The translations under genes and the position numbers were made by a program. The notes beneath the pieces were generated by a model. The model worked only from the letters and a program-made list of their open reading frames with translations. It had not been told where the DNA came from and did no database searches. From contig OZ024740.1 of NCBI GenBank assembly GCA_964016885.1, forward strand, positions 176,886,001 to 176,950,000: DNA of 64,000 nt, written 5' to 3'. Position 1 is the stretch's first letter. Every line of letters begins with the position of its first letter. Positions 1-12,626 of this stretch are shown here, one piece after another. The stretch comes from Eledone cirrhosa. Taxonomy: Eukaryota.

Positions 1-2051
1 CATCATAGAGAGGGTTGGGAACCAACCCGGCTTTGGTGGGGCTCTGATCAACTTGGATCAATCTAAGGCGTTCGATAGGGTCGACCATGGTTACCTGGAT
101 GCGGTGCTAGCGGCGGCAGGCTTCGGACCCGTTTTCAGGGGCTGGATCACTGCTATGCACAGCAGCCGCATCTGCTCTAGGGTCAAGGTGAACGGCTACC
201 TCTCGGAGCCGTTCAAAATCGCGCGGTCCATCCGACAAGGGTACCCTCTCTCCTCCCTTCTGTATGTGTTGACTCTCGAGCCACTACTGCGGAAGTTGGA
301 GTTGTTGCAGGGCATCCCTTTGGAACCGGGATTGCGGAAAGCGGTGTCGGCCTACGCCGATGACGTGACAGTAATGGTGTCGACGGCCTCCGAAATCGAG
401 GCGGTCGGCACCTTACTGGAGGAGTACGAAAAGTTCACAGGGGCTAAGCTGAACCGGGACAAGTCGATCGGTTTGCAACTCGGCACGTGGAGGGGCAGAC
501 CGATGCCCTCCGATACCGTCGTCGGACGCTGGACGGAGGGCCCGGTGAAGTTGCTCGGGGTCTGGTTCGGACCGGACCTCCAGGTGGAGAAAAACTGGGC
601 GGAGGTTACGAACAGGGTGTTTGCACTGACCCAGAAGTGGGCCAGTTGCAAACTATCCCTGAAAGGTCGGGCGGAGGTGGCGAACACCTACATAGCGTCC
701 GTCATCTACTACCGCCTGACCGTAGTGCCCTGCCCAAGGGAAACCCTCACCAAGATGGAGCGCGCGCTCTTCCAATTCCTTTGGAAGAGGCGGGCTCCTA
801 TGGTGAGGAGATCCATCTGCTGTCAACACCCTTCGAAAAGAGGGCTGGGGTTGCCGTGGCTAATGATGCGTAAACACGCATTAAGGCTACGGCACCTCTA
901 CGTATTCCTCACCGGACAACCGGTGTGGGCCTCGTTTGTGAGACGAACCTTTCCCAGACTCGTCTCACTCACCGAGCTGCAATCCTGGGTCAAGCAAAGA
1001 CCGAGAAAACTGGGCGCCTGGCACACTGAGTGTGCCCAGGCGCTCACCGAACTCTGGCAGGCGGATCCGGTTATTAGTGGAGACTCCACCGCAACATTCT
1101 TTAGAGGGCTGGTACGCAGCAGGTGCGACGACGCCCTCGGAGAAGCCCTAGACATGGAGGAGGACGAACTGGCCAGCCTGTTCGGTAGGACATTCAGCCC
1201 GGGACCTATGGACAACTTCCAGAAGTCCCTGGCCTGGCAGTGCTACCGAGGAGCTTTACCCGTTCGAGAAAGGCTCTACAGACACGGGCGCCCGGGTAGG
1301 GCCCCCGCCAAAAAGATCTGTCCCAGATGCGTGTGCGACGAGGAAACCGTTGCACACGCATTGGTACACTGCTCGGGCGTAGCCGATCTGTGGGGCTATG
1401 TCGAACAACTGATGTCAAGGGTGGGACCGATCCGGTTGACCACCGAGTCTATTGTAATGATCAAGCCGCCTCCCCCCTTCAAAGATGAAGCAGAGGCGGT
1501 GTTTCTGTGCGTAATAGCCATGGCGAAAGAGGTTGTATTGTGGACGCGTCTGAAAGGACTGAGGTCAGGCACCTTTCTCTCTGGCCAACAACTGGTCCGT
1601 TTCTTCCGATATCATTTCGGAAGAAGGATCAGGATGGAGAGAGAGGTGCTGCACCCCAGTCGTTTTTATGAAAGGTGGGTGAAAGTGGCGAGAATGGCCC
1701 GTGTGAATGGGCCTTCTCTTTACATAAGCCTGTAGGCGGAAAAGAGGAAGGAACGAGGGAGCACCCCCTCTCTGTGCTCCTGAGGAAAAGGGTTGCACAC
1801 TTTTTTCGGGGGGGTGTGCGACCCCCCAAGGCGCCTCCTCTCTATTGAGGATTTTGTTATAAATTTTATTTTTTGTTATATTTTATAACAAAATTCTCTA
1901 TTGAGGATTTTGTTATAATTCTATTTTTTGTTATATTTTATTTTATTTTTATATATTGTTATTGCCTCCTCCCTATTGAGGACGCCTTGTTTTGTAAACT
2001 CCCCCCATTGTACTTGTCCCACTTTTGATGCCCTTGTGGCAAATAAAAGAA
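1..2051 (+). mobile_element. Tx1/L1-clade non-LTR retrotransposon, 3' part (runs off the window start)
   Basis: RT ORF followed by a 3' UTR ending aataaaagaaa, then a (CTAT)n-like tract. Confidence 0.9.
53..1735 (+). CDS. LINE ORF2 C-terminal part: reverse transcriptase and CCHC zinc finger
   Basis: DQSKAFDRVDH, IRQGYPLS, AYADD and CPRC..ETVAHALVHC motifs; the frame likely begins upstream of the window. Confidence 0.9.
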   Translation: MDQSKAFDRVDHGYLDAVLAAAGFGPVFRGWITAMHSSRICSRVKVNGYLSEPFKIARSIRQGYPLSSLLYVLTLEPLLRKLELLQGIPLEPGLRKAVSAYADDVTVMVSTASEIEAVGTLLEEYEKFTGAKLNRDKSIGLQLGTWRGRPMPSDTVVGRWTEGPVKLLGVWFGPDLQVEKNWAEVTNRVFALTQKWASCKLSLKGRAEVANTYIASVIYYRLTVVPCPRETLTKMERALFQFLWKRRAPMVRRSICCQHPSKRGLGLPWLMMRKHALRLRHLYVFLTGQPVWASFVRRTFPRLVSLTELQSWVKQRPRKLGAWHTECAQALTELWQADPVISGDSTATFFRGLVRSRCDDALGEALDMEEDELASLFGRTFSPGPMDNFQKSLAWQCYRGALPVRERLYRHGRPGRAPAKKICPRCVCDEETVAHALVHCSGVADLWGYVEQLMSRVGPIRLTTESIVMIKPPPPFKDEAEAVFLCVIAMAKEVVLWTRLKGLRSGTFLSGQQLVRFFRYHFGRRIRMEREVLHPSRFYERWVKVARMARVNGPSLYISL

Positions 2052-2089
2052 ACATATCTATCTATCTGTCTATATGTCTATCTATCTAT

Positions 2090-3212
2090 CTATGGCCGAC
2101 GACGTGACAGTAATGGTGTCGAGCACCTCGCAAATCGGGGAGGTCGGCACCTTACTGGAGGAATTCGAAAGGTTCACAGGAGCGAAGGTGAACCGCGACA
2201 ACTCCGTCGGTTTGCAACTCGGAACGTGGAGAAGTAACCGATGCCTTCCGATGGCGTCGTCGGACGCTGGACGGAAGGACCGGTAAAGCTGCTCGGGGTC
2301 TGGTTTGGTCCGGACCTCCAGGTGGAGAAGAACTGGAACGAGGTGACGGCCAAGGTGTTTGCGCTCACCCAGAAGTGGGCTGAGGGCAAACTATCCTTGA
2401 AACTTCGAGCGGAGGTGGCGAACACTTTTATAGCGTCCGTCATCTACTACCGCTTGACCGTCGGTCCTTGTCCAGTCAAAACGCTCACCAAAATGGAGTG
2501 CGCGCTCTTCCAATTCCTTTGGAAGAAACGGGCTCCTTTGGTGAGAAGATCCATCTGCTGCCAACACCCTTCAAACGAAGGGCTGGGGATGCCGTGGCTG
2601 ACGATACGCAAACATGCCCTCAGGCTGCAGCACCTCCACGTATTCCTCACCAGACAACCGGTGTGGGCCCGTTCGTGAGGCGAGCCTTCCCACGACTCGT
2701 CTCGCTGACAGAGCTGCAGTGCTGTGTCAAGCAAAGACCGAGGAAAATGGGCGATGGCACATCGAATGTGCTCAGGCGCTCACAGTCCTCTGAAAAACAG
2801 ACCCGGCGATCAGTGGAGGCTCCACTTCGACATTCTATAGAGTGTTGATCTGCAGCAAGTGCGACGACGCGCTCGGAGAAACTCTAGGCATAGAGGAGGA
2901 CGAACTGGCCAGTCTGTTCGGTAGGACCTTCCGCCTGGGACCAATGGACAACTTCCAAAAGTCCCTGGCCTGGCAGTGCTACCGACGAGCTCTACCAGTT
3001 CGAGACAAGCTCTACAGACACGGGCGCCAGGCAGGGACCCTTCGAAAAAGATCTGTCCGAGATGCGTGCGCGACGAGGAAACCGTCGCGCACGCATTTGT
3101 ACACTGCCCGGGCGTTACCGACCTGTGGGGCTATGTAGAACGACTATTGTCGCGGGTGGGACCAATCCAGTTGACCACCGAGTCCATTGTCCTGATCAAA
3201 CCGCCACCCAAA
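2090..3212 (+). pseudogene. Second, truncated and frameshifted copy of the same Tx1/L1 family
   Basis: Fragments ADDVTVMVS, WTEGPVKLLGVWFGP, DNFQKSLAWQCY and CPRC in shifting frames; homologous to about 352-1475. Confidence 0.9.
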
Positions 3213-3479
3213 CTTGATCTTATTCTGTTCTTCTAATGAGATCATTCTTACGGGAACTAATTAATAAAGTATAACTTTCTCATATTCTCCCAGTTTCAAA
3301 TGCGACTGCTGCTCTATATGCTGCATCTGTCCTTTCATCTCTAGATGTAAACTCATATTTCCTTCAAAAACCAAGTTTACCTTCACTTACTGATTCATTT
3401 AATTATTGAATGATATTAGCCGTAGAATATGTAGTAGCTTCCACGAGCAGCTATTCAGTGTTCTTACTCACACAAAAGT

Positions 3480-3685
3480 TTGAGTCCTGGAACGATTCTT
3501 TTTCATGTCGGCTGCAATCGAGACTTCAGGTATTCTAGGTCTCCGAACTGGCATTTTCTTTCGCAAAATCGGATAAATGACAGCCCGCCCAACTAAGGAA
3601 GGAGGCCCGTGAGTCAGTGAGGCTGTTGCAGCAGCTATCGCTGGCTGTGTTCCGTGGCAAAACTTTCGCCATTTTGTCTTTAGAA
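3480..3685 (+). pseudogene. Degraded C-terminus of a CRE-like (restriction-like endonuclease) non-LTR element
   Basis: Manual translation gives AIETSGILG...LLQQLSLAVFRGKTFAIL, matching the end of the 9286-9591 ORF. Confidence 0.6.
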
Positions 3686-3840
3686 CGCAGTTGAGAGAAA
3701 CCGCGCCGTTCTTCTTTTCCGTCCCTTTCACTGCTTAATTTCTTCTTTCCTTATATTTCTTTTCCTTTTCTTCTGTTTTTCATTTCCTTATTGCTTTATA
3801 TATTTTTTCTGTAAATTTTTGATAATAAAAATTCATATAC

Positions 3841-3977
<137 letters not shown>

Positions 3978-4059
3978 AATACACATATATATAGTGCAAA
4001 TTTATACCAGAATAAAACAGAGAGGCAGACAAATAAAGGTTTATTAGGTTCACACTTTT

Positions 4060-4926
4060 GACGTACATACATATATGTACATACATATACGTACAAAAAT
4101 ATATGTATACAGACGTACAGTAGTATGTATATATATACATACATGCGCACATATATATATGTACGTATGGGTTTATTATAGTGTTCGGTTTGTTTGTAAA
4201 CAAACATACGTATATATACTTACCTTTAAGCCGTACTAAGAGTGAGAAATTTCATTCAATTTCATTCTTTTCCATTTATCGTTTTCGGCGCCCGGCCGAC
4301 TAACTCACTCGATATGCAAATTAGGCTGCTCAGCCGTTAATATGCATAAGGAAAGTATATACTTTCAGACGTTCAACCATCTGGCAGGAAGGTATACGAT
4401 GCTGACGATAGCTAATAAGCTTGAAACTAGTTCATCGTTCCTTTGTCAGTGTTGAACAAAAGGGCGACGATGGTTGCCGAACACCGTATGGCTTAATTTC
4501 GGGCTGTTTGTTTACAAACAAACCGAACATTATAATAAATGTTCGGTAAACCCACACGTACATATATATATATGTGTGCATGTATGTATATATATACATA
4601 CTACTGTACGTCTATATACATATATGCATGTACGTATACATACTTACATTTAAGTATCAGCCGTACTAAGAGTGAGAAATTAAATTTCATTTCATTCTTT
4701 TCCATTTATCGTTTTCGGTACGCCCGGCCGACTAACTCACTCGATATGCAAATTAGGCTGCTCAGCCGTTAATATGCATAAGGAAAGTATATACTTTCAA
4801 ACGTTCAATCATCTGACAGGAAGGTATACGGTGGTGACGATAGGTAATAAACTTACATGTAAGTATACTTACATGTAAGTATCAGCCGTACTAAGAGTGA
4901 GAAATGAAATTTCATTTCATTCTTTT

Positions 4927-4930
<4 letters not shown>
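4060..4930 (+). mobile_element. Retrozyme-like HHR repeat, family B, locus 1 (about 430-bp unit; short inverted left arm 4060-4205)
   Basis: aagagtgagaaat recurs at 4238 and 4668; HHR at 4396; octamer at 4314-4321; homologous to 15312-16533. Confidence 0.8.
4396..4438 (+). ncRNA. Minimal type I hammerhead ribozyme (family B)
   Basis: acgatg-CTGACGA-t agct aata agct t-GAAA-ctag-TT-catcgt; palindromic stem III. Confidence 0.85.
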
Positions 4931-4971
<41 letters not shown>

Positions 4972-5018
4972 TGTATATATATAGAGAGAGAGATACTGTA
5001 TATATATATATATATATA

Positions 5019-5088
<70 letters not shown>

Positions 5089-5169
5089 ATACGTTATTCC
5101 GGGTTGTATCGGAGGTAACCACAGTAATTAAGGTACTCAATACATTGCAGAGTATAACAGTTTTAATAC

Positions 5170-5275
5170 AGATGAGATTCTACAGGACTAGAACTGTTTC
5201 ATTCTTTAGAAATCATCAGGGATTCCTGATGATTTCTAAAGAATGAAACAGTTCTAGTCCTGTAGAATCTCATCT
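5170..5275. repeat. Fold-back palindrome containing an HHR core truncated in stem I
   Basis: Perfect inverted repeat; right arm reads CTGATGA-t ttc taaa gaa t-GAAA-cag-TT. Confidence 0.7.
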
Positions 5276-5294
5276 ATATATATATATATATATA

Positions 5295-5330
<36 letters not shown>

Positions 5331-5754
5331 CATATATATATATATATTTATATATATACTGTATATATATATATATATATATATCTTACTGCTTCCCCGC
5401 TCTCTATGTTTCTCTCACCTTCTTTCGCCCCCTCTGTCAGTTACACTTTCTTTCGACTGGCCACGTCCACTCACTCACTCTCTGTTTCTCCCCGTCTCAC
5501 TTCCTCCCGTTTGGCCTGTGTGGGTTCTCTTCTTGCTCACATCTCACTCACGTCGGATGGTCTGTATTACGCTCGCTCATGAAATCCACCCAGTTTAAGC
5601 TGACCGGATAACCATGTTGCTTGTTTTTTCCTTTCTTTGCGTTGCTATCAATCCTTCTATGTTTGTTTACTTGTCTCGCCCGCTTTACGCGATTTACTTG
5701 TCCCAATAGCTTTACTTAGCTATTGCTCTCACCAACCGGAGGTATATGATTTTT

Positions 5755-5850
5755 AAAGCGATGAAATACCAATGAAGGTTGGAAAATCACTGACGAAGGA
5801 CTATTTTTATCATATGTAACCCATGTGCAACCACGCAGTATTCTTTCTGC
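5755..5850 (+). repeat. Dispersed repeat containing CTGAYGA (also about 14720-14815 and 38530-38625, minus strand)
   Basis: gcgatgaaataccaatga...atcactgacgaaggac is shared by three copies; no complete HHR fold could be built. Confidence 0.6.
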
Positions 5851-5876
5851 TCATGTTTTATATATATATATATATA

Positions 5877-5950
5877 TTAAAATAACAGATTAAAGTTTAA
5901 GCAAAGAATCGCTGCTTTCTTTGGATTTTAGTCTTCAATTTTATTATTAT

Positions 5951-5955
<5 letters not shown>
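5877..5955. mobile_element. Miniature remnant of the 49170-52828 PLE (inverted end fused to 3' tail)
   Basis: taaaataacagattaaagtttaagcaaagaatcgctgcttt joined to ctttggattttagtcttcaa...attattacta, flanked by (AT)n. Confidence 0.8.
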
Positions 5956-6030
<75 letters not shown>

Positions 6031-6174
6031 CTTTAGGTTTGTTGGTTCACCACTGGATAGAACTGGTCATTCCTTATGGTCAATCCTGGTGTAATATTGT
6101 GAAGAGTACTCAACGCAGTGCAGTTCACCCATCTTCGTTCGTGTAGTTGGTGGTGCGAATACGGAGTTAATTAT

Positions 6175-7075
6175 AAATAAAATAAAATAACAGGAGGCTG
6201 GACTGGTGTAAATCCTTGAAAAGTTTATTATACTATGATCATTTCAATCACCGGGTTCCATATGAATCCGGTGATATCATCAGGTATTGGAATATAACAA
6301 AGGAATATGTAAAAAACCATGGGTCCGAAAAATCAGAGACAGAGACAAAGAGGACGACTGACCAACTAGCCGCCCTCAAAGTGGTGGCAACTGAATTTAC
6401 TAATGAACATCTGGTGCGGGGGCGAAGGCTTATAATGCACTACCACCAAAGAAAAAGGGGAAGAAAGGGAGAAAGAAGTCAACGTGAGGGTCACACTACA
6501 TTCATGCTAGAAAATGCCGCGAAAAATGCTACTCCAAAGAATCTATAATGGGGGTCTGTATGGTCTAATGTGTGAACCGAAGATTGGAACGTTAAACTTA
6601 TGTTGTGAGTTATAGGATGAAATTAAATTAAATTAAAAATATTAAATTGCAAAATGATAAATTGAAAAATAAGTTATTAGAAAATTAAAGGTTAAGGTAG
6701 CGAGATTTATTTAATGAACTTACGGAGAGAGTCTTATATGAAAAAAATTATCTCGATAAGATATTAGGATGGGATATAGAGTAAAGATTTCGATTGCGAG
6801 TCCCAGCCAGATGTTCATTAGTAGATTCAGTTGCCACCACTTTGAGGGCGACTGGCCGAGATAAGGGCGGCTAGTTGGTCAGTCGTCCTCTTTGTCTCTG
6901 TCTCTGATTTTTCGGACCCATGGTGTTTTTTACATATTCCTTAGTTATATTCCAATACCTGATGATATCACCGGATTCATATGGAACCCGGTCATTGAAA
7001 TGATCATAGTATAATAAACCTTTCAAGGATTTACACCAGTCCAGCCTCCTGTCATTTTATTTTATTTTTTTTATT
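6175..7075. mobile_element. Inverted-repeat PLE-type terminal remnant with an HHR in each arm
   Basis: Arms about 6175-6412 and 6806-7075 are reverse complements; HHR at 6230-6287 (-) and 6955-7012 (+). Confidence 0.8.
6955..7012 (+). ncRNA. Type I hammerhead ribozyme
   Basis: atac-CTGATGA-tatcaccgg...ccggtcatt-GAAA-tgatca-TA-gtat. Confidence 0.8.
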
Positions 7076-7081
7076 TATATG

Positions 7082-7165
<84 letters not shown>

Positions 7166-7168
<3 letters not shown>

Positions 7169-7808
7169 ATTTTCGTTAATTCCTGAGCTGAAAACGATTC
7201 TCGCTAATTTATATTTGTATTAATCTCCAGAGTCTAGCTATTGAGCAGTTAATTTTATTGATTTTTTTCAGTTACATATATTGACTGTTGAATGGCTCTG
7301 TTATATTTAACCATTCTGTTGAGAGCTTTAATTCGATTTGTGATATTTTGCATTCTCGCAATAATACACAACTGAATCATTCGCTTAATAGAGGTGTTAC
7401 CTCCCTTGCTGAATCCCACGAGGAGTCAGTAATAGCTACACTATCTATAGCATATTGGAGCAAAACCCGTTGAAAACACGACTGCCTTGTTCATCATCTC
7501 ACCAGAAGCCCAACATTCTTTATGTAGGCGGACAGTACCTGATTTGGAGTCGCAGAAACCAATACTGGATTTTACCATCAGTCCAGGGTCCGGGAAAGTA
7601 TCAACACATATATTTTTATTGTTTGACCCGAATTACTTGGTCGTTTTGACTTTGGCTGTGCGGATGATATGTTTAACCATCATCTCAGTGTGTTTGGCCC
7701 TTAACGTATGTTGTAGCTCTGATTCATATGATTCATCGAGCGCTTGCCACACATATCGGACGTTGATTTTCGTTAATTCCTGAGCTGAAAACGATTCTCG
7801 CTAATTTA

Positions 7809-7813
<5 letters not shown>
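7166..7813. repeat. Element with about 50-bp direct terminal repeats, between (AT)n tracts
   Basis: ttgattttcgttaattcctgagctgaaaacgattctcgctaatttatattt at 7166 and 7763. Confidence 0.75.
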
Positions 7814-7857
<44 letters not shown>

Positions 7858-8312
7858 AGCTAAAACGATATACCTCTATACTATTGTTTATTTAGATTTT
7901 TCTTGTTTAGAAATTTTTCTTACGTTCTGAAGTCATGTGATACAAGATTGATTACAGGTGACATAAGGCAGCGTTTCTCGATAACTTGAGCCGAACGATT
8001 GCAGCCAGGTAAGGGTGTAAGGTAGCATGATGCAGAGGGATATGGTATTTGATAAGTGTAAATAGTGATAGGTTGATGCAATCTGATTCGTAAAGAGCCT
8101 GTTCGGCCGACTATGCCTGGCTTCGTTGTAGCAAATGTTAACATAGCATTTATGAATTATATCTCCCCACTTCTCTCTCTCTTCCTCCCTATCCCCCTCT
8201 ATATATATATATATATATATATGACAATGGACCTCCATCGGTTTCGACGATGTGTGTTCGAATTATATGATCAACGGAATAGCCTGCTCATAAAGAGTGA
8301 AATTTAAGTAGC

Positions 8313-8367
8313 TAAGCATTCGATAGACATGCGTCCCCGTCACACACACACACACAAACGCACATAC

Positions 8368-8398
<31 letters not shown>

Positions 8399-8426
8399 AC
8401 GGGGACGCATGTCTATCGAATGCTTA
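8313..8426. repeat. Short palindrome centred on a microsatellite
   Basis: taagcattcgatagacatgcgtccccgtcacac... and its reverse complement flank (AT)n. Confidence 0.85.
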
Positions 8427-9249
8427 TATATATATATATATGTATATATATAGAGAGAGAGAGAGGGGGAGGGGGAGAGAAAGAGAAAGTCATGTATATT
8501 AATGTAGCCGTAACTGTTGTAGCTCGAGAAAGATTTTTTGGCAAACAATAATTGCAATCATGCGCGAGTGCGCGTGTTTGTGCTCCCGCTTTTGTCCCGT
8601 GACTTTGAGAAATCGATAGATTGAAATAAGTACTGGTATATTCGTGATCTTCAAACTTCTTGTTGGCCTGCATGATCCTTTCCTGTAGAATCGACAGTAC
8701 ATGTTTGAGTCTGAACTGAAGAGGGAAGCAGAAAATGCTTCATTAGGGTTATGAATTATTTGAAAGAAAAACCGAATTTGACAGCAAAGAACAAATCCTC
8801 AGTCAGGAGTAAACAAAACGGTTCCTAAAGGATTGAAGGCTTGACAACTACCCCCAAGTTATTGGATGACGAAAGGAAAACGTGTGCTAACGTGTGTAGC
8901 AAACAACCCGGACATTCTCCAGTAGCATTATAGCTTCTTAGTATAGCTGGCGGCAGCTTTCCTGTCGGAAGATACAAAAATAGATGAGATTTCCAGCTGG
9001 CAACTGATGAATGGAATGTCCCGCTGTATAAACTGTATGTAGAATATTGAATGAGAATGAAAACATGTCTAGTTATTCAAAATATATAAATATATTTTAT
9101 GACGAGACAATATAAACATTTTTAACGTTTCCCCTTCAAAAAAGTGTTTTTCGTTTTGTCTTGTTTTCGTTCGTTGTTCTGTGTTTATTTTCCTAATCTG
9201 TGACATACGTGTTCTCCACCCTCCCCAATAATTTCAATAGAATACAGAT

Positions 9250-9591
9250 GCCACTTGCACCGACACTTTCTGCAGCCGAAACCTGGTGCAGTCTGCGACT
9301 GACCCAGATTCTGCTGCACGTCTGGCTGAGGGGGCCAAACTCCTCAAATACCGGTCGCTCTCCGACAGGTTTGCGGTCGTTCCCCTGGCAGTGGGAACTT
9401 CTGGTGTCCACGGCTCCAGGGCTACCTCCTTACTCACCACCATAGGCGCTGAGCTGGCCAGCCGTAGGTGTGAGCCCCGCGAATTGGAGTGGCTTTTCCG
9501 GCGCGTCTCCCTTGCCGTCCTCCGGGGAAACGCCTTCTCCATTCTGTCCGCCGGAGCAGTGGGTGGGCTCCATCGCGTACCAATACATTAG
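9250..9591 (+). pseudogene. 3' fragment of a CRE-like non-LTR retrotransposon (RLE domain)
   Basis: AARLAEGAKLLKY...PLAVGTSG...EPRELEWLFRRVSLAVLRGNA is typical of CRE-clade C-termini. Confidence 0.75.
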
Positions 9592-10066
9592 TTAATACCA
9601 TTCTTTCATCTCATACATATATACATGATTACCTGAATAAACTCGGTTTTAACAGGATATCTTACTTTCTTCTTGCCTTTTTTTCCTTTCTTTATTTTCT
9701 TTCTTTGTCTCTTTTTTTTCAGGAGTTTACCTTGCTACAAAAAGCACAATATCTTCTCCTAAGTCATCACATCAAATACTATGTGTACCTGTTATGACTT
9801 AAATGCTTTTAGTTTTCTGTTGTCTTTTCTTTTGCTCTACGGACTGCGGCGGTTTGGCGTGTGTCAGATACTGTGAACACGGATGGACCAGCAGTGCGGT
9901 CGGTAGGGCTTGAAACTACCACAAAGTCCATCTCGACAGCGGAAGACCTTGGAGTTCTGTGTCTTTCGCTTGTCATTTTGTTTTCAAAAGAATTCTTTAA
10001 GGTTTCCTCTTAATGGGCGTTAAAATGAAGGCAGGAAGGTGTATACATCTCTCTCTCTCTCTCTCC

Positions 10067-10105
<39 letters not shown>

Positions 10106-10213
10106 ATTTAATATATCTACTAACATAAGCGCACAGATGTACGCTAATGCCAGCAAATACACAGGTTATGTCATAGTACCTAGGTGGTTCAATGCAGGAG
10201 GATGCAGAACAAT

Positions 10214-10983
10214 AATATAAAAGACGTAAAATAAGAAAATTTTTTTAAAAGAATTTAAAAAAAAATTAACTTACTTACTTAAATTTTCACTCCAACTAAT
10301 TAGTTTCTGCAATGGGATAAAGACAGTTACGTAATGAACTGTTGAGAATTTCATTGCGTCATCAGGGAGGTCATTCTCAGCCAAGTCTCCAGGCAATGCG
10401 CGGACACTGGGGACTCATATAAAAATAATAATAATTCGGTAAATGGAACAGCTATCGAGGACTGGATTCCAGGTACTGAAAATTCTCACTGCCACTGGTC
10501 ATATGGCCGATTCTAAAGAATCAATCACGTGACACAGAGGCTAGTCAGTAGGAATGGGATGGTAAGATGACAGACGCCTACTAACACCCCCCAAAAAACC
10601 ACTTCTAAATTTTTTGGGGGGTGTTAGTAGGCGTCTGTCATCTTACCATCCCATTCCTACTGACTAGCCTCTGTGTCACGTGATTGATTCTTTAGAATCG
10701 GCCATATGACCAGTGGCAGTGAGAATTTTCAGTACCTGGAATCCAGTCCTCGATAGCTGTTCCATTTACCGAATTATTATTATTTTTATATGAGTCCCCA
10801 GTGTCCGCGCATTGCCTGGAGACTTGGCTGAGAATGACCTCCCTGATGACGCAATGAAATTCTCAACAGTTCATTACGTAACTGTCTTTATCCCATTGCA
10901 GAAACTAATTAGTTGGAGTGAAAATTTAAGTAAGTAAGTTAATTTTTAAAAAAATTTTTTTAGAAAAATGTTCTTATTTTACG

Positions 10984-10994
<11 letters not shown>
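10214..10994. mobile_element. About 780-bp palindrome, PLE-type terminal repeat with an HHR in each arm
   Basis: Near-perfect inverted arms with a centre near 10604. Confidence 0.85.
10839..10918 (+). ncRNA. Type I hammerhead ribozyme with enlarged stem II (mirror copy on the minus strand, about 10290-10369)
   Basis: ctcc-CTGATGA-c gcaatg...cattgc a-GAAA-ctaattag-TT-ggag. Confidence 0.8.
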
Positions 10995-11059
<65 letters not shown>

Positions 11060-11271
11060 AGAGAGAGAGGGAGAGAGAGAGAGAGGGATGTTGATCTTTT
11101 CTTCTTTTCGGGTTATAGCTACTGTCGCTCAGAGAGTGGGATTGGATCAGTGCACAGTCTTTCTTCACTTTAAAAAATATCTTCATGCACAGGCATTTCA
11201 CGATAGAATTAATTAATAATTATTAATAATGGTATATCGTGCAATGGCCATATTCGTTAACGAGGGGGCAT

Positions 11272-11317
<46 letters not shown>

Positions 11318-11320
<3 letters not shown>

Positions 11321-11560
11321 AACAAAGGAATTGTGGTAAGGAACCAGATGGACCATAACGCACCAGAATACTCAATACTTAGGGTAGTAGAGTGGGAAAT
11401 AGGAAAAAGTATGACCCCGACGGCAGAGCTCAAGCCGTTTCGACGGCTATTTCTGGACTCTATATTATGCTTTGTACATAATAGTGTCTATTATTGTAGT
11501 CCAGAAATAGCCGTCGAAACGGCTTGAGCTCTGCCGTCGGGGTCATACTTTTTCCTATAT
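11318..11560. mobile_element. Short fold-back element carrying the 3' half of an HHR (copies at 34877-35067, 36060-36180, 53308-53512)
   Basis: GAAA-cggc ttgagctct gccg-TC-ggggtc in both arms; four related copies next to microsatellites. Confidence 0.75.
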
Positions 11561-11583
11561 ATATATATATATATATATATATG

Positions 11584-11760
11584 TCAGGTCGATCTCGAGT
11601 GGTACTTGTAACATGTAACCCAGTGGTCGGCGACTAACCCGGCAACCCCACCAAGCAAAGCAGGCTTGGTGAGGAGGGTGATATTTGGACACCCTGCGGG
11701 ATGAAATACAAGACCCGGCACAGGCATTGCTTGTTCAGAATTTGTTACAGGTTCGTGTGG
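11584..11760 (+). repeat. Dispersed repeat, second copy about 60195-60390; possibly a LINE 5' UTR fragment
   Basis: gtcggcgactaa-ccggcaaccccaccaag...ttggtgaggagggtgat-tttggacaccctgc is shared. Confidence 0.6.
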
Positions 11761-11842
11761 CTGATCATAGCCTAAAAGTGCCCCGAAATCTATAATTTGA
11801 CAAGCGATTGCAATAGTCTTAGCAAAGTTTGCAGCCATCATA

Positions 11843-12583
11843 TCTGTATATATATAAAGACGAAGTTTTCTGTATGTGTGTGGACAATATTTAATGAGGG
11901 CTCATATATTCTAAACCATTCATGCGATTTCTTTAACATTTTTTACAGAGCTTCTCCTTGCACATGATCTACAAAGACTTTCAAAAATCGATATTGGGGC
12001 CTTTGCAGATATTAAAAAAGTTTCGGTTATCAGTGTCAATTTTCCTGATTAAGTAAGACAAGAGTTATATTTAAGTAAGACAAGAGTTATCTTTCGTAAT
12101 TCGGCTCATTCGGATTTTAATTTACTCTTTGTACTTGAAACAAAAGGTACGCTTCCTTGAGACTAACAATATCATTTTGTATATTTCACAACCAGCAATT
12201 TCTAACAGATTACTAAGTTAAGTTATAGATTTGACATTGTATAATTTATCGTTTCAAGTTTGATGTTCATACATTAAGTGATGTCATAACTTTTAAAATA
12301 TTATGCTTTGTACATAATAGTGTCTATTATTCACTTCACTTTCGTATTTCATGATGCGCTTTTACAGTTGTCAAAAAATGTATATCTAGACTGGATTTCT
12401 GTTGTTACATGGCATAACCGATAACACCGAGCTCATATTAATTATTTCGCTGTTAAAGTGCCTAAGGTTTTCATGTTTACATAAAGTACGTTTTTCTTCT
12501 ATGTATTCAAATTTACTTTGTTTAGTTTAATGAGCTACATCGAGAGCTACTTGAACCGTCCAAAGGACGGGTAGGTTAGCTAG
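11843..12583 (+). mobile_element. Non-autonomous Helitron
   Basis: A|TCTGTATATATATAAA 5' end; subterminal hairpin ccgtcc-aaa-ggacgg; CTAG|T 3' end. Confidence 0.8.

Positions 12584-12626
<43 letters not shown>

Noticed and set aside
9700-9960. Possible host exons after polypyrimidine-AG sites (also about 36630, 61695, 61850)
   Set aside because: No recognisable protein or consistent splice donors; needs RNA-seq.
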